A stretch of 63,276 bases of DNA, filler included, from Octopus bimaculoides (GCF_001194135.2; 7 parts of 6 records of this genome joined end to end with filler, not necessarily neighbours in it); one strand, 5' to 3'. Counted from the first letter of the whole stretch, positions 40,443 to 54,710 are shown. Made by a program: numbers and translations. Notes: generated by a model not told the origin, from the letters alone.

Positions 40443-40830
40443 GTTGTTGGCACTCCGTCGCTTACGACGACGAGAGTTCCGGTTGATCCGATCAACAGAA
40501 CAACCTGCTAGTGAAATTAACGTGCAAGTGGCTGAGCACCCCACAGACACGTGTACCCTTAACGTAGTTCTCGGGGTTGATTCAGCGTGACACAGAGTGT
40601 GACAAGGCTGGCCCTTTGAAAAATAGGTACAACAGAAACAGGAAAAAAAGAGTGAGAGAAAGTTGTGGTGAAAGAGTACAGCAGGGTTCACCACCATCCC
40701 CTGCTGGAGCCTTGTGGAGCTTTAGGTGTTTTCGCTCAATAAACACTCACAACGCCTGGTCTGGGATTCGAAACCGCGATCCTATTACCGTTAGTCCGTT
40801 GCCCTAACTACTAGGCCATTGCACCTCCAC
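40443..40830 (-). mobile_element. Full SINE family C, subtype 1
   Basis: Colinear with 11810-12198. Confidence 0.9.
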
Positions 40831-42258
40831 GCACATACAAATATACGCACACAAATCAAACATACAGCAACACGAACTTTTTGTACAGTAATCAACAATC
40901 CAATAGACCGGAATGTGATAGATAAGGTTCGGTTGACGATGAAGATCCTATGATTTTAATCAGAAACAACATAGGACTCTTTACGTGGTCACTTGAACTG
41001 TTAGAAATAGGAATAGTCTTCCGTTCGTATAATGACGTCTAAAACCATTTTGAATAGTTTGTTTCTGAATGCAATATATCTGAAACATGATCAGAAGACC
41101 TTAAACAAGGTCCATTCGCACACATAGACAAACAGCCACTGACCTTACACCCCACCATGCGCACTCCACACACACACACACACATTACACGCGTATACAT
41201 TCAGCACAAACAATGTCGCCCCACACAAACATAATACAAATGAAAACAACCCTCAAATCTCGCACAAAAATCAATCCATATACATTCACAAAAATTACCA
41301 ATATACACACTAACACTCTGACACATACACGCAAATCAAACAATACACAACAACACACACACACACAGTTTATACACACAAATACACGTACAATTTAATT
41401 GACACAAACTTAATTAAGCAACGCTCAGTAAAAACCAATAAATGTCAGACGCCATTACGGTTAACTCCATTCTTTGTGTTGGCAATTTATTCTGATTTCC
41501 TCTTTCATGAATTCTCACCGTTTGATATCTCATCCACATTTTTATTTTCTTCTCATCTATCTTCCTCACACCCTTACCATTCCACACAACTCTCTTTCAT
41601 TCTTCCCTATCTCTGTAACTTTTCTTTCTTTTTTGTCTTTTTCCTTTTTCTTTTTCTTTTTTTTGCTTTTTGTTTTCATGACTTTCAATCAGTCGATTTC
41701 AATCCCTTTTCTTTTTATTCATTCTCACCCTTTCTACCCCGGTCTCTCTCCATATAAAGTGTGTGTGTGTGTGTGTGTGTGTCCATCCATTTTTTTTTTA
41801 TTAGAATTCTTTCCAGGGAGAGGGAAGTGATTTCTAATAGAGAAACAGAATCTCAATCATCGGGATTTGGATAGCAACAACGATAATTGTTACATCTTAA
41901 TTTCAAATTTTGACACAATGCCAGTAATGTTTGAGGGATTGAGTAAGTCGATTACACCGACTTCAGTGTTCAACTAGTCTTTATTTTAACAATCCAGAAA
42001 GAAGCAAACGCGACCGCGGCAGAATTTGAACTCAGAATGTGAAGATGGATGAAATGCTAAGCGTTTAGCCCAACCGATTGTATCTGCAAAGTGCATGTCA
42101 AACTGGCAAACTCTTTCTTAGTTTGAAATTCCTTGTCTTAGAAATATTCTTCTGCGCACAGATTTTAGAAGAGATGCTTACATGTACAGGGCAGCCACCG
42201 TCTATGGCTATACACGATTTTTTTCTTGAATATTCCAAATAACCGTATCATTCTTTTA

Positions 42259-42480
42259 TTCTTTTACTTGTTTCAGTCATTTTGATTGTGGCCAAGTTGG
42301 AGCACCATCTTGGATGGTTTTAGTCGAATAAGTCGACCCCAGGACTTATTTTTTAAAGCCTAGTACTTATTTTATCCATCTCTTTTGCAGAACTGCTAAG
42401 TTACGGGGACATAAAGACACTAACACCGGTTGTCAAGTGGTGATGGGAAGACAAACACAAAGACACACATACACATAGAT
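42259..42480 (-). mobile_element. SINE family A, 3' half
   Basis: ttttacttgtttcagtcatt...ctaagttacggggacataaagacac. Confidence 0.85.
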
Positions 42481-42507
42481 ATATGCATGCATACATACAT
42501 ACATACA

Positions 42508-42542
<35 letters not shown>

Positions 42543-42962
42543 TTATATATATNNNNNNNNNNNNNNNNNNNNNNNNNNNNNNNNNNNNNNNNNNNNNNNN
42601 NNNNNNNNNNNNNNNNNNNNNNNNNNNNNNNNNNNNNNNNNNNNNNNNNNNNNNNNNNNNNNNNNNNNNNNNNNNNNNNNNNNNNNNNNNNNNNNNNNNN
42701 NNNNNNNNNNNNNNNNNNNNNNNNNNNNNNNNNNNNNNNNNNNNNNNNNNNNNNNNNNNNNNNNNNNNNNNNNNNNNNNNNNNNNNNNNNTATATATATA
42801 TATATATGTACACACACAACAAACTCCGCAGAAGGGAGTATGGTTACTGAAACATGTTGTTATGTGCATGGCTACGTTTGTTGTATGCGTCCATGTATAT
42901 ACCTGTGTGTATGTGTTTGATTATGTGTATAGTATGTGGGTATATGCATATGCGTGTGAGTG

Positions 42963-42998
<36 letters not shown>

Positions 42999-43076
42999 GG
43001 AGTACAGACAGAGAATATGGTGACTGATGTTTTGTTGGTGACTGATGTTTTGTAGGTGACTGTCAAACTAGCAAAC

Positions 43077-43141
<65 letters not shown>

Positions 43142-43364
43142 GAATAGATAGGTTGATTTCCACAAATATACATACATGCAGGCAGGCATATATACATACA
43201 GGCATACATACGTACATACATACATACTTACATACATACATTCATCCACACGAGTTTATCTATGTCTATCTGTTTGTCCGCAAAAAACACACACACACAC
43301 ACACACACATATACATACACACACATATGCAAACACAGACACACACATACACACACAAACACAG

Positions 43365-43398
<34 letters not shown>

Positions 43399-44198
43399 TT
43401 TTTGTTTCAGTCATTAGACTACAGCCCTGTAGAGCATTGCATTGTAGAATTTTAGTCATTTACCAAATATGCTCCGCAGTGTACTAAACTCTGAACTGTG
43501 TCTAGGAAGCAAGCTTCCTACCACGCAACCGACTCTATATATATATATATATATACGCGACTGTATACGCGTTCACGCGCGTGTATTATTCGAATATTTA
43601 TGTAGTTACATACTAACCACAGATATGCACTCTTAGGCACGTCCTGTACATACTAGCTCGCAATTATTGTTGGTATGAATATGAATTCATAGTCTGGATA
43701 TAGAAACTGTGTATGTATGTATGTATGTATGTATGTATGGATGGATGGATGGATGGATGGATGGATGGATGGATGGATGTATTTATGTACACACCAGAAC
43801 GCAACACAAAAATGTGATAATAATGCCATTCAAGTAAGAGGAAAATATGACTGCAATACATAATTCTCTTTACAATTCAGCAAACATCCCTGACAATTCC
43901 ACCATAATACACAAACATACAAACATTAAACGATAATGACATGCTGAACACACAATAGAACCGTTTGAATAAGATCTTCCCCTCCACCATCATCTTTCTC
44001 GTTTTCTACTTTCTCTCGCCTCCTGTTGTTTTCGGTAATTCAATTCATATACGTGGGTGTATCTGTGTGCCTTTTTGTACGTATATACTCGTGCCCAAAC
44101 ACACGCACACACATACACACATACAGAAATATATGTGTTCGTGCTTGTATGCAAATAAATATGTGTACACAAAAGCATACACACACATATGTGTGTGC

Positions 44199-44229
<31 letters not shown>

Positions 44230-44294
44230 TGTATGCATGTATGTATGTATGTATGTATGCATGTATGTATGCATTATGTATGTATGTATGTATG

Positions 44295-44325
<31 letters not shown>

Positions 44326-44529
44326 TTGATGACTGGACGGATAGATAGATAAAATTGTTAAATGAGAGACTAAAGAACAGGCATTACGTAAACATTTTCC
44401 TTAGGTTCCACCTCACACTACTATATGTCATAGGGCATCCACAGCTGAGTATTAGTGCAAACGACTTATTGAGTCCTGAACAACAGGCTACTAGTCCCGC
44501 AATGGTTCAGCGGAATTACTTATCCGGAC

Positions 44530-44720
44530 ACGTATTTTTCTTATCCTTTATTTCTCCTCTGCATCTGTTTTCTCTCCTCATTCCTTTCTATAGAAGTGTG
44601 TAGGCACGAAACGTCGAAGACTCCTTTCATTTTTCCTAAGCATCAAGCTAATACATCTTGTTTGTTCTTCCTTCACTTATGTGTGTCTTTTGTTTTTGTT
44701 TCTGTACAATTTTGAAAAGT
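44530..44720 (+). mobile_element. Diverged Penelope-type terminal repeat
   Basis: ttcctttctatagaagtgtgtaggcacgaaacgtcgaagac...ctaatacatcttgtttg aligns with the other three copies. Confidence 0.55.
44584..44620 (+). ncRNA. Minimal hammerhead-like motif (variant copy)
   Basis: cttt-CTATAGA-a-GTGT-gtag-GCAC-GAAACGTC-gaag: stem II retained with compensatory changes, ACGT palindrome and GUC triplet; core CUG is mutated to CUA. Confidence 0.45.
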
Positions 44721-44805
44721 GTGTGTGTGTATGAGTGTGCGTGTGTGCGTGTGTATGAGTGTGCGTGTGTGCGTGTGTGCGTGTGTATGTATGTGTGTGA
44801 GTGTA

Positions 44806-45615
44806 TTGCGTCATCCCGTAAATAATGCAGTTTTTTCAATTACATGAACTAAAATTCGGAGAGGGACGGGATAAACTACCTGCATCAGCTTGCTATAAAA
44901 GCAGGTAGGAATTTTACCTTGTACTTATTCTTAGTGCAAGTCTTGAAGAGTGCAGTTCTATTTCATATTCAGTATGTTTTGCTTTATAAGTTCAATAAAG
45001 GCAACGAGGCAATGGAAAGTGCGAAGAATATTAATACAGTATATGGGGATCGGACAATAATCGTAAACCAGTGTCAACGGTGGTTCAAGAAATTCTGAGC
45101 CGGAAACTACAGCCTAGAAGACGAACCTCGTCCTGGAAGATCTGTAGAGTACGACGAGGACTACCTGCAAACCCTGGTGGAACAAAATCTCATCGTAATT
45201 GTAGAGGAACCAGCGGAGAAGCTTGGATTTGGTCATTCAACCACTTATCGACACCGACCCAAGAAGAAAAACGACCATCTTTGGTTTCAAGACGAAAGGT
45301 GTTCTTCCACCAGGATAATGCTTGGCCACATACAGCGAGGATGACATTCCAAAAGCTGGCGCAGTTTGAATGGGAAACGATGCCCCACCCATCATATTTG
45401 CCGGGCATTGCACTATTATTGCACTGTTTATCATTTATTCCGCAGTCTTCAAAATCATTCGGACGGAAAAAATATGAATTTTGTAGACGAGTTCAGAACA
45501 GTAGTGGAGGAGTGTTTTTCGTCACGGACGAGTGAATTTTGGAAGATGGGTGTTGCAAGTCTACCAGATAGATGGAAGAGCATTGTAGAAAATAAAAGAG
45601 AGTATATTTTAGATT
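44806..45615 (+). mobile_element. Mariner (Mos1-like) relic, internally deleted, runs into gap
   Basis: Left end TA|ttgcgtcatcccgtaaataatgc. Peptides CQRWFKKF*AGNYSLEDEPRPGR, FFHQDNAWPH, PHPSYLPGIA, YHLFRSLQNH, LPDRWKSIVEN. Confidence 0.9.
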
Positions 45616-46311
45616 NNNNNNNNNNNNNNNNNNNNNNNNNNNNNNNNNNNNNNNNNNNNTTAATTAATTAANNNNNNNNNNNNNNNNNNNNNNNNNNNNN
45701 NNNNNNNNNNNNNNNACACATACAGACATACATACAGACATACAGACATACATACATAATACACGCACATACGCATACACACACATATGTGTGTGTCTGT
45801 CTCTGTGTGTTTGAGTGTATGGGAGCAATACCTACCTACATAGCAACAAACATACATACCTACATACATAATGCATACATATACATACATACATACATAT
45901 ATACATACACACACAACACGTGTGTATGTGTATATGAATTTATGGAAGTGATACCTACATACATAGCTACATACATACATACACACATATATAAAACGAT
46001 ACATACAAACAAACATACATACATACATACATACATACATACATGCATACATACATACATACATACATGAACACTCATCTATATGTATGTGTTATGTATG
46101 TATTATGTTTTATTTTGCAAGGAAAAGGTTGACAGGGATTTCGAAGTTTCTGTTTAATCAATCTAAAATTACTAAACCGAAATTTCGAAATAAATATCAA
46201 CCTTTTTGTAAAAAATAAAGTAAATATGAAATTCTATTTAAAAGTATGGAATGGTACTTTACTTTATGACTGACCGCTGTTATATACAGTGATCCCTCTC
46301 CATATCGTGGA

Positions 46312-46392
46312 TCACCTATCGCGGCTCACCTATCGCGGCTCACCTATCGCGGCTCACCTATCGCGGCTCACCTATCGCGGCTCACCTATCGC
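46312..46392. repeat. 14-bp perfect tandem repeat, 5 full units plus a partial
   Basis: (tcacctatcgcggc)x5 + tcacctatcgc. Confidence 0.97.
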
Positions 46393-46459
46393 TCACTCAG
46401 TACATCGCGGTTCCCTTATCGCTCACTCAGAGCATTGCAGATTTTTCTGGCTAATATAT

Positions 46460-46910
46460 TCTCTTTTACTCTTTTACTTGTTCAGGCCATGCTGGAGCAC
46501 CGCCTTTAGTCGAGTAAATCGACCCCAGGACTTATTCTTTGGATGCCTAGTACTTATTCTATCGGTCTCTTTTGCCGAACCGCTAAGTTNNNNNNNNNNN
46601 NNNNNNNNNNNNNNNNNNNNNNNNNNNNNNNNNNNNNNNNNNNNNNNNNNNNNNNNNNNNNNNNNNNNNNNNNNNNNNNNNNNNNNNNNNNNNNNNNNNN
46701 NNNNNNNNNNNNNNNNNNNNNNNNNNNATATATATATATATATATACATATATACGACAGGCTTCTTTCAGTTTCCGTCTACCAAATTCACTCACAAGGC
46801 TTTGGTCGGCCCGAGGCTATAGTAGAAAACACTTGCCCAAGGTGCCACGCAGTAGGAATGAACCCGGAACCATCTGGTTGGTAAGCAAGCTACTTACCAC
46901 ACAGCCACTC
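46460..46910 (-). mobile_element. SINE family A (gap inside)
   Basis: Both halves flank the N-run at 46590-46727. Confidence 0.88.
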
Positions 46911-47146
46911 ATCGCGGACTCTTCAGTATATCCAAGATTTCTGCGGTCCATAAGTATTTATAGTTTTTTTAATTTTAATTCTTTCTGTGTGAGGTTTTGG
47001 AACGCAACACCCGCGATAATCAAGGAACTACTGTATAAATATTCTTGTAAACGGACACATGCACACACATACACACAAGCAGACCGACAAACAAATATAT
47101 ATGTATATATAATGGATGGACTGATGGATGGATCTAGCTAGCTAGC

Positions 47147-47222
<76 letters not shown>

Positions 47223-47360
47223 GGGGGAGAGAGAGAGACAGATAGACAAGCAGGTAGGCAGACAGACAAACAAACGGACAGACAGACAGACTTATAGATA
47301 GACAAATAGCTAGATATACATATATACATGTACACACAGGCAGGCACATAAACACATATA

Positions 47361-48564
47361 CTGTGTTGGAACAAAATTTCGTATCCTTTTTAAAGTAAAA
47401 TTGAAAAACAAGAGTCATATATTATAGTTAGACACCTTTATTGAACCACAAATTTCCTATTTTAAACCACTACCTTTCGCCATCTTTGAGGCATGTTCAT
47501 GATCATTTATTGAAGTGGTTTTTACAGTTTTCCGATGAATTTAAGTTCTTCCTATTAAGAGAATTTGGTAAGGATCGAAATAAATGGTGTTTTGAAGGAG
47601 CAAGGTCAAGCGTTACGGTGGATGTCGTAGGACATCCCAACCAAGCTGTATTAACTTCTGTCGGGTCTGTTAGGAAGCATGAGGTCTAGCGTTTGCCAAT
47701 TTTGGACGATTTTCATCGATTGCCTCCTTTAATCAGTCTAATTATGAACAATAATTGTCTGAGTTTAACGTTTGATTTTGAGGAAAGATATCGTATAGCC
47801 GAATGACTTTCCAACCCTACCAGATACAGAACATCACCTTCTTTGAATACTGATTGTCTTTTGAAATCATTAAGGGTATTTCGTTTCGTTTTCTCCAGGA
47901 CAGTTTTCACTCCACATTGTTGTAAGCAATCCATTTTGCCTCATCTGTGAATAGTTCTTGTCAAAAATGGGTTGTTTTTGTTGCGTTTGAAAAGTGAACC
48001 GCAGACGGAAATGCGGTCTATTAATATTTTTTTCCCGTTAAATAACGTGGCATACAAACATCATAGCAATTCTCGTATCCATGTGTTTTAAACGACTTAG
48101 AACATTCGTATGAAATATGTGAAGCGTCTCAGTGTTGTCTTGTTTTACCTGAGTTATTTTTATTAGCGTTTCTATTTGGTGGTCGTCAACGATTGTGGGT
48201 TTGCCGGAGCGTTCACGGTCTTCCAGATGAAAACTTTTACTCCTAAACCTAGCGAGCCACTCATGAACGACCTTCCTCACTATGGCACCATCTCCATAAA
48301 CTATCCATATTGTTTTTGCTTCTTGTACAGCGTTTTTGCCTTTTCGGAAATAAACGAAGAAAAAGAGTATCTCATTTTCCTGCATTTTCACTTTTAAAGT
48401 AAAAACACAAGAAATGAGTTAACCACACAGTAATCGTATAGAAAGACGTCTTTAAATGTCGTCTTTCAGAAAATATGTGTTAAATGATTCTGTTATGTGA
48501 AAAATGAAATCAGGTGTTTAAACGCCACCGATTGAAGAATGGTACGAACTTTTGTTTCAACCCC
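47361..48564 (-). mobile_element. Near full-length decayed mariner
   Basis: Imperfect TIRs gttggaacaaaatttcgtatc / ggtacgaacttttgtttcaac, TA flanks. Minus frame YFRKGKNAVQEAKTIWIVYGDGA...WLARFRSKSFHLEDRERSGKP. Confidence 0.88.
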
Positions 48565-48666
48565 TACATACATATATACATACATACATGCATGTATGCA
48601 TGCATATATACATGCGTGCATGCATGTATACATGCAGGCATACATACACACACGCACATATATAAT

Positions 48667-48719
<53 letters not shown>

Positions 48720-48748
48720 GTGTGTCTATATGTGCGTGTGTGTGTTTG

Positions 48749-48784
<36 letters not shown>

Positions 48785-48829
48785 TGTGTGTTTGTGTGTG
48801 TGTTTGTGTGTATATGTGTTATTTCTTTA

Positions 48830-49050
48830 CTACCCACAAGGGGCTATACACAGAGGGGACAAACAAGGACAGACAAACGGATTAAGTCGATTATACCGAC
48901 CCCAGTGCGTAACTGGTACTTATTTAATCGACTCCGAAAGGATGAAAGGCAAAGTCGACCTCGGCGGAATTTGAACTCAGAACGTAAAGACTGACGAAAT
49001 ACCGCCAAGCATTTTGCCCGGCGTGCTAACGTTTCTGCCAGCTCGCCGCC
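48830..49050 (-). mobile_element. Full SINE family B (Meta-type-like core)
   Basis: Minus strand ggcggcgagctggcagaaacgttagcacgccgggc...gttcaaattccgccgaggtcgactttgcctttcatcctttcggagtcg... Confidence 0.9.
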
Positions 49051-50039
49051 TTTGTGTGTATATGTCTGTGTGTGCGCGCGCGCGCACGCGTCTGTGTGCA
49101 CGCGCGTGCGCGTGTGTAAACGTGCTTGTGTGCATGTAGAGAGAGTGTTTTCACAACCTTGAAAGATTTTCTCTGAAATCTTACCTGATAAGAACCGTTT
49201 ACAATCCGCCAGTTTTTAATTTTAATCCGTACACAAATTTTATCTTGAGGTCTTTAACTGTAAGGTATCATCTTCAATACTTAAGGATGGATCATCCAAT
49301 TGTGTTAAAAATTTCACTTCTTTACTTCATCACTCATAATTTCTTCTGTTCTTTAATTTTAGTTCTTACACATAAACTTTAGGTTTTTTCACGTTTTGTC
49401 TTTAATGCTAAATTTCTGAGTTTTATTTCTAAATTTCTATTCAGTAGCTCAGTAGCAGGAATGGTGGGTGGTGGGGTGTATTAGCCCCTTAATTACTAAT
49501 TCTTGACATGATTTCAATCATTTCCGACTACACGGCATGTCAAGTTCTGCTTTTAAGGTCCAAGTTACATAACTGAATCCCCACCTCCATACATTTTATT
49601 TTGTACCCTAATTAATTTTCGTCCCTTTATTACTTACCTTGAGTTTGGTAGGTAGAGCTACATACTACTTGAAGTGCCTCATTGAAGGGTTTCTCGAGCG
49701 GTTGAGCGTCCATCATTGACAAGTCCCAGGAATGTTGAAATCGCGTGAACTGGTGATCTCGGCACTGGAGATGGCTAGTGTTTATCTCCCTGCTAGTGAT
49801 GTAAACAAGTGTTCATTTTGCACTGCAAGCCATCATGAAAGTTTTTCTCATAGTAACTACCGCTATATAGTTTGTTCAAGCAGAGCGTCCACGTCTAAGT
49901 GGGGATAGATATTACCTTTCGATATTATTACTGCCACTTTTGCTAATATATATTTATATTTAAGAAGGATTTAATGTCTCCTTGATCAGCATAACGTTGC
50001 GTTCTCTCAGCAAGTGCTGCCTACGAACTGTTCTGTATC

Positions 50040-50250
50040 TTCCGCGGTTTCCTCTGGAGAAACTGCGGCGGGTGAGAAACGCCAATGAAGAAAAGAGTCA
50101 TCGTTATGAGCCCCATCACCAAGGCTTACATATTTGCCCCAAGTGTGTCATAGCCAGTCATTCAAGGATCGGTTTACATTGTCATTTAAGGGTTTACTGT
50201 TCTACCTCGTGGTCTTTAGACACGGGGAACGATCATCGTCATCATCATCG
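50040..50250 (+). mobile_element. RTE-BovB-like LINE C-terminus with (CAT)n tail
   Basis: Frame EEKSHR...HICPKCVIASHSRIGLHCHLRV resembles the CxxC...SRIGLxSH end of BovB-type ORFs, followed by a CAT/CGT repeat tail. Confidence 0.7.
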
Positions 50251-50761
50251 TGGTGGTGGTGGGGGGTCGTCGACGTCGTCATCCACCTCCTCCTCCTCCT
50301 CCTCATCATCATCATCATCATCGTCGTCGTCGTCGTCGTCGTCATCATCATCATCATCATCATCATCCTCATCACTTACCTTCGTCCACTTAAGTTAGTT
50401 ATTGTTATAATTTCTGCCTAATACCTTATTCCATACTCTTTCACATAATATATCTTATGTACAGAGGTCCGTTCCAGTTTTTTACTCGTATCCATCATTA
50501 CAGCCTTGTCTAGCGTTCTTCCATCTACCCTTAAACTACAACCATAATTTGCCTTATTGCTTTTTCGTTGTCGTGTCATTTCATTCCTACCTTAACCTTA
50601 TTAAACTGACACCCCATCATCATCATCATCATCATCATCCGATGTAATTCACTTAGCCCCTTCACCTTGTGCCAAAATCAAAATTCAATATTTCATCTTG
50701 CAAAATAAAACGTGGAAAGTGTAATGACAGTTGCTTCTGACTGGACTCTATGGAAGAGGTC

Positions 50762-51039
50762 GTGAAGGCGCGTGGCTTAGTAGTTACGGCATTCGGCTCA
50801 TGATCGTAAGGTCATGAGTTCAATTCCCGGCGACGCGTTGTGTCCTTGAGCAAGACACTTTATTTCACGTTGCTCCAGTCCACTCAGCTGGCAAAAATGA
50901 GTAGTACCTGTATTTCAAAGGGCCGGCCTTGTCACACTCTGTGTCATGCTGAATCTCCTTGAGAACTACGTTAGGGGTACACGTGTCTGTGGATTGCTCA
51001 GTCACTTGCACGTTAATTTCACGAGCAAGCTGTTCTGTT
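50762..51039 (+). mobile_element. SINE family C, subtype 2 (CORE-like middle)
   Basis: Head ggcgcgtggcttagtagtta, then gtgtccttgagcaagacactttatttcacgttgctccagtccactcagctgg, then the family C 3' body. Confidence 0.88.
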
Positions 51040-51368
51040 NNNNNNNNNNNNNNNNNNNNNNNNNNNNNNNNNNNNNNNNNNNNNNNNNNNNNNNNNNNNN
51101 NNNNNNNNNNNNNNNNNNNNNNNNNNNNNNNNNNNNNNNNNNNNNNNNNNNNNNNNNNNNNNNNNNNNNNNNNNNNNNNNNNNNNNNNNNNNNNNNNNNN
51201 NNNNNNNNNNNNNNNNNNNNNNNNNNNNNNNNNNNNNNNNNNNNNNNNNNNNNNNNNNNNNNNNNNNNNNNNNNNNNNNNNNNNNNNNNNNNNNNNNNNN
51301 NNNNNNNNNNNNNNNNNNNNNNNNNNNNNNNNNNNNNNNNNNNNNNNNNNNNNNNNNNNNNNNNNNNN

Positions 51369-51416
<48 letters not shown>

Positions 51417-51546
51417 ATGAGAGAAAATAAGAGAGAGAGAAAGACAGTGAGAGAAAGCGAGAGAAAGAGAGAGAGTGAGAGAGAGAAAAAGTGAGAGAGA
51501 GCGAGAGACAAAGTGTGTCCGTGTGTGTGAGAGAGAGAGAGCGAGA

Positions 51547-51624
<78 letters not shown>

Positions 51625-52053
51625 GTGACTGAAAGATAGGATTTGACCAGTAATAACTTAGAAATACCACAAGGTTAATGATAATTTAGACTCTGTCGCT
51701 GAAATAATAAAAGAATTAGCTTGTAAGAAGGCATCATATACGGTTGTTTGATACTTTTCACATAAATTTGAAAATATCGAAGTTTATAAAGAAACAAATC
51801 GAATCGAAGAATGTGAACCGTTTCTTTTGCTTGTTTGAGGTCCTAGATTGCAGTCACGGTGCGGTTACGCTTTAAAGGACTTCATCAGTCAAACGTGACC
51901 GAATCAGTTAACAGATCAACACTAAATATCAAGCGGTGAGTAGCAAACTCAACACCGACACACAGACACACAAACCCTTGCATACAGATATTTACGTGCA
52001 CACACACACTTATATGTGTGTGTGTATGCATGTATGTACACATAATGTTTTTA

Positions 52054-52314
52054 CAGTAATACCTCACTTTACGAGGACCCGCTTTACGAGCCCCGAGCTT
52101 ACGAGCCCCGAGCTTACGAGTTTTATTTTATAATAAATATAGAAGGTTAAAGAGCCATTTTGTGTGTGTAGCAACGTTGCAACATGTGGCAACGGAGTAA
52201 AATAACGGCATAAAATTTCATTGCTACTATGGGGAATTATTGCTCTGCTTTATGAGTTTTCACTTTACCAGCGATCTCCGAGAGCAAATTAACTCGTATA
52301 TGGAGGCATTACCG
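52054..52314. mobile_element. Tigger/pogo-like MITE
   Basis: TA|cagtaatacctcactttacgag ... ctcgtatatggaggcattaccg|TA; the subterminal motif ttacgag is reiterated. Confidence 0.75.
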
Positions 52315-53537
52315 TATTTGTATATACTTAGATATATACAAGATATATATATATATCTGGCTCTTACGATGACGAGCATTCCAGTTGATTCGATCAACGG
52401 AACAGCATGCTCGTGAAATTAACGTGCAAGCGACTGAACACTCCACAGACACGCGTATTCCTAACATAATTCTCAGAGAGATTCAGTGTGACACAGAATG
52501 TAACAAGACTGGCCCTTTGAATCGCAATCATCAACATGGCTTCATGTTTACCTCCAATCCGCATAATATGATGTGACTGAGAGACAAATCTCCCCTTGGA
52601 AGATGTTAATGTTTTCCACAAGAATAATTTAACATTAAGCAAGCTTGTTAAACTCGTTAACTAAACTGTGGTGTCACCGTTTGCTACCTTTTTACCGCTA
52701 TTTGGACTAAGCTGTTGGTCGTATTATTGGCCAACATTATGCATATATATGATGACAATTTTCCGGCAGAAAACATTCGGTCTATTTTCGAGATATATTA
52801 CAACTAGGACTACATTATCTAATGTGGCTCTTCGTTGTTTAAGGCGGTAAGGTGTTATTGGAGGGATATTTGGATGCTATTTCTAGATGGAGTGAGCTAT
52901 CTGGGCGGAAAGTGTTTGGGTCACGCTTGAAGCGAGGTACCTAGGATATGATACGAACCGTTGCTGTCTAAGTTATTTTCTATTTACCTTTCCGCGCAGT
53001 CAAGTTAATAACTGACACCACACAGGTAAGTGTAACAATGAAGCTATCACTCTAATCAAGATGTGGAGAGAAACACACAAACACAAACACATACACACAC
53101 ACACACATACACACACACACACACACTCACACACACATATTTATGGAAGCAGGTGTGCGTGTATGTTTATACATATATATATTAGAGAAGGAGGTCGAAA
53201 AGGAGAGAATGTCTTTGTCTTTGATAAGCTAGAACATCTCAAATAATGATATGTACACAAAATGGTGGCGTGAGAGCTAACCAGAATGTGTCTTAGCAAT
53301 CTGTGCTGAGTAATGACGTAACTGCTTCTAATTGGTCGTAAATATACTTATGTTAGAATGTTTTATATATATATAAACGGAATTATATGTATGCGTGAGT
53401 ATGCATTTACTGACATATATATACACTGCCTCTACCCCTGACATATGTGTGTGTGTGTGTGTGTGTGTGTACGTGTGTGCGTGTATTTGCATGTATGCAT
53501 GTATGTATTATATATATATGTATGTATGTATATATGT

Positions 53538-53572
<35 letters not shown>

Positions 53573-53914
53573 NNNNNNNNNNNNNNNNNNNNNNNNNNNN
53601 NNNNNNNTATATATAAGAGAAACCCTTCTCATTATCAGTTATTTTCAACAGATTCATGCGAGTTTCTTCTGCACCGCCAGGTGTATCTCCAAATTCTTTG
53701 GGTAGGTGTGCAGCATTATTTTTGGTCGAAGTAGGATTGTATGCGTATAACATATTTGCTTTGCTTATCTAGGGGTTTTTTTTTTTTTGCTTTATTATTA
53801 GTGTCTCTTCTGCTTTTTTGCGTAGTGGATGTGCAATGTAAGTTTTGTGACAATGTTGGGTGGTGTTTGTGTTTCGTATATGTTATGTGGGTTGTATTAT
53901 GCAAACTCACGTAC

Positions 53915-54710
53915 TAGACATGCAAACATGTCGAATTTAACTATTTCCTCGCAGAGTGAAAAAGAAATGGTGAAGATCCTTAATCGATTTTCGTCTCTTA
54001 TTGATGTGTCATCAGAGGTGGCTAAATTACTTACCAATCCCAGAGAAAGAAATATCCAGTTCATTTATATATACATGAAATCTATTAACTCCAAAGAACT
54101 GATGCTTCTAATTTGCATGTTTAACAATTTATTTTCTATCAGAGGCCAGTCAACATAAACGCAGTCACACAGTTCCAAGGTATAAATTGATATATGTAAA
54201 CCCACGTAGCAGATATACAAACGTGACAATTTTACTTTTGAAAAAATGAATAGCCTTAATCGACTTTCGATCCTTATCGGGATCTCATCTGACGTCTATA
54301 TCATTTGGCCAACACCAAGAGAAGCAAGATGTCAATCCGTTTATATACATATCAAATCTAATCGCCCTAGAGATCTACGGTTACTAATTTGCATGCTTTG
54401 AATGCTAAATACTTTATTTAACGTCAGAGGCTTGTGAACAGGGAACCCAGTCTACACATTATCATGAAACGGTATAATATATGTAAATCTATATAGTAGG
54501 CATAAAAACATGGTAAATTTATCTTAACTATTTCTCCGTAGATTAGAAAAAGTGATGAACAGCCTTATTCGATTTTTTATCCTTTTTGAGGTCTCATCAG
54601 ACGTGTCGACATCATTTGGCCAACACTAAGAGAAGCCAGAAGTCAATCCGTGTATATACATATCAAATCTAGTAGCTCTAGAGACTACGGCTACAAATTT
54701 GCCGTCGGCA
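53915..54710. repeat. Degenerate ~290-bp tandem repeat, about 3 units
   Basis: Recurrent ccttaatcga...tcatc(a/t)ga...tatatacat...aaatcta...aatttgc blocks at about 53960, 54250 and 54560. Confidence 0.7.

Larger units (their letters stand above)
46287..47033. mobile_element. Tigger/pogo-like MITE interrupted by a SINE
   Basis: TA|cagtgatccctc...atatcg and cgcgataatcaaggaactactg|TA; a SINE is inserted at about 46460-46910. Confidence 0.65.

Noticed and set aside
46312-46392. CRISPR-like regular repeats (also 18448-18860)
   Set aside because: Head-to-tail units without unique spacers, in eukaryotic DNA with no cas genes.
49110-49440. Possible LINE1-like remnant on the minus strand
   Set aside because: Multiple stops and no diagnostic motif.
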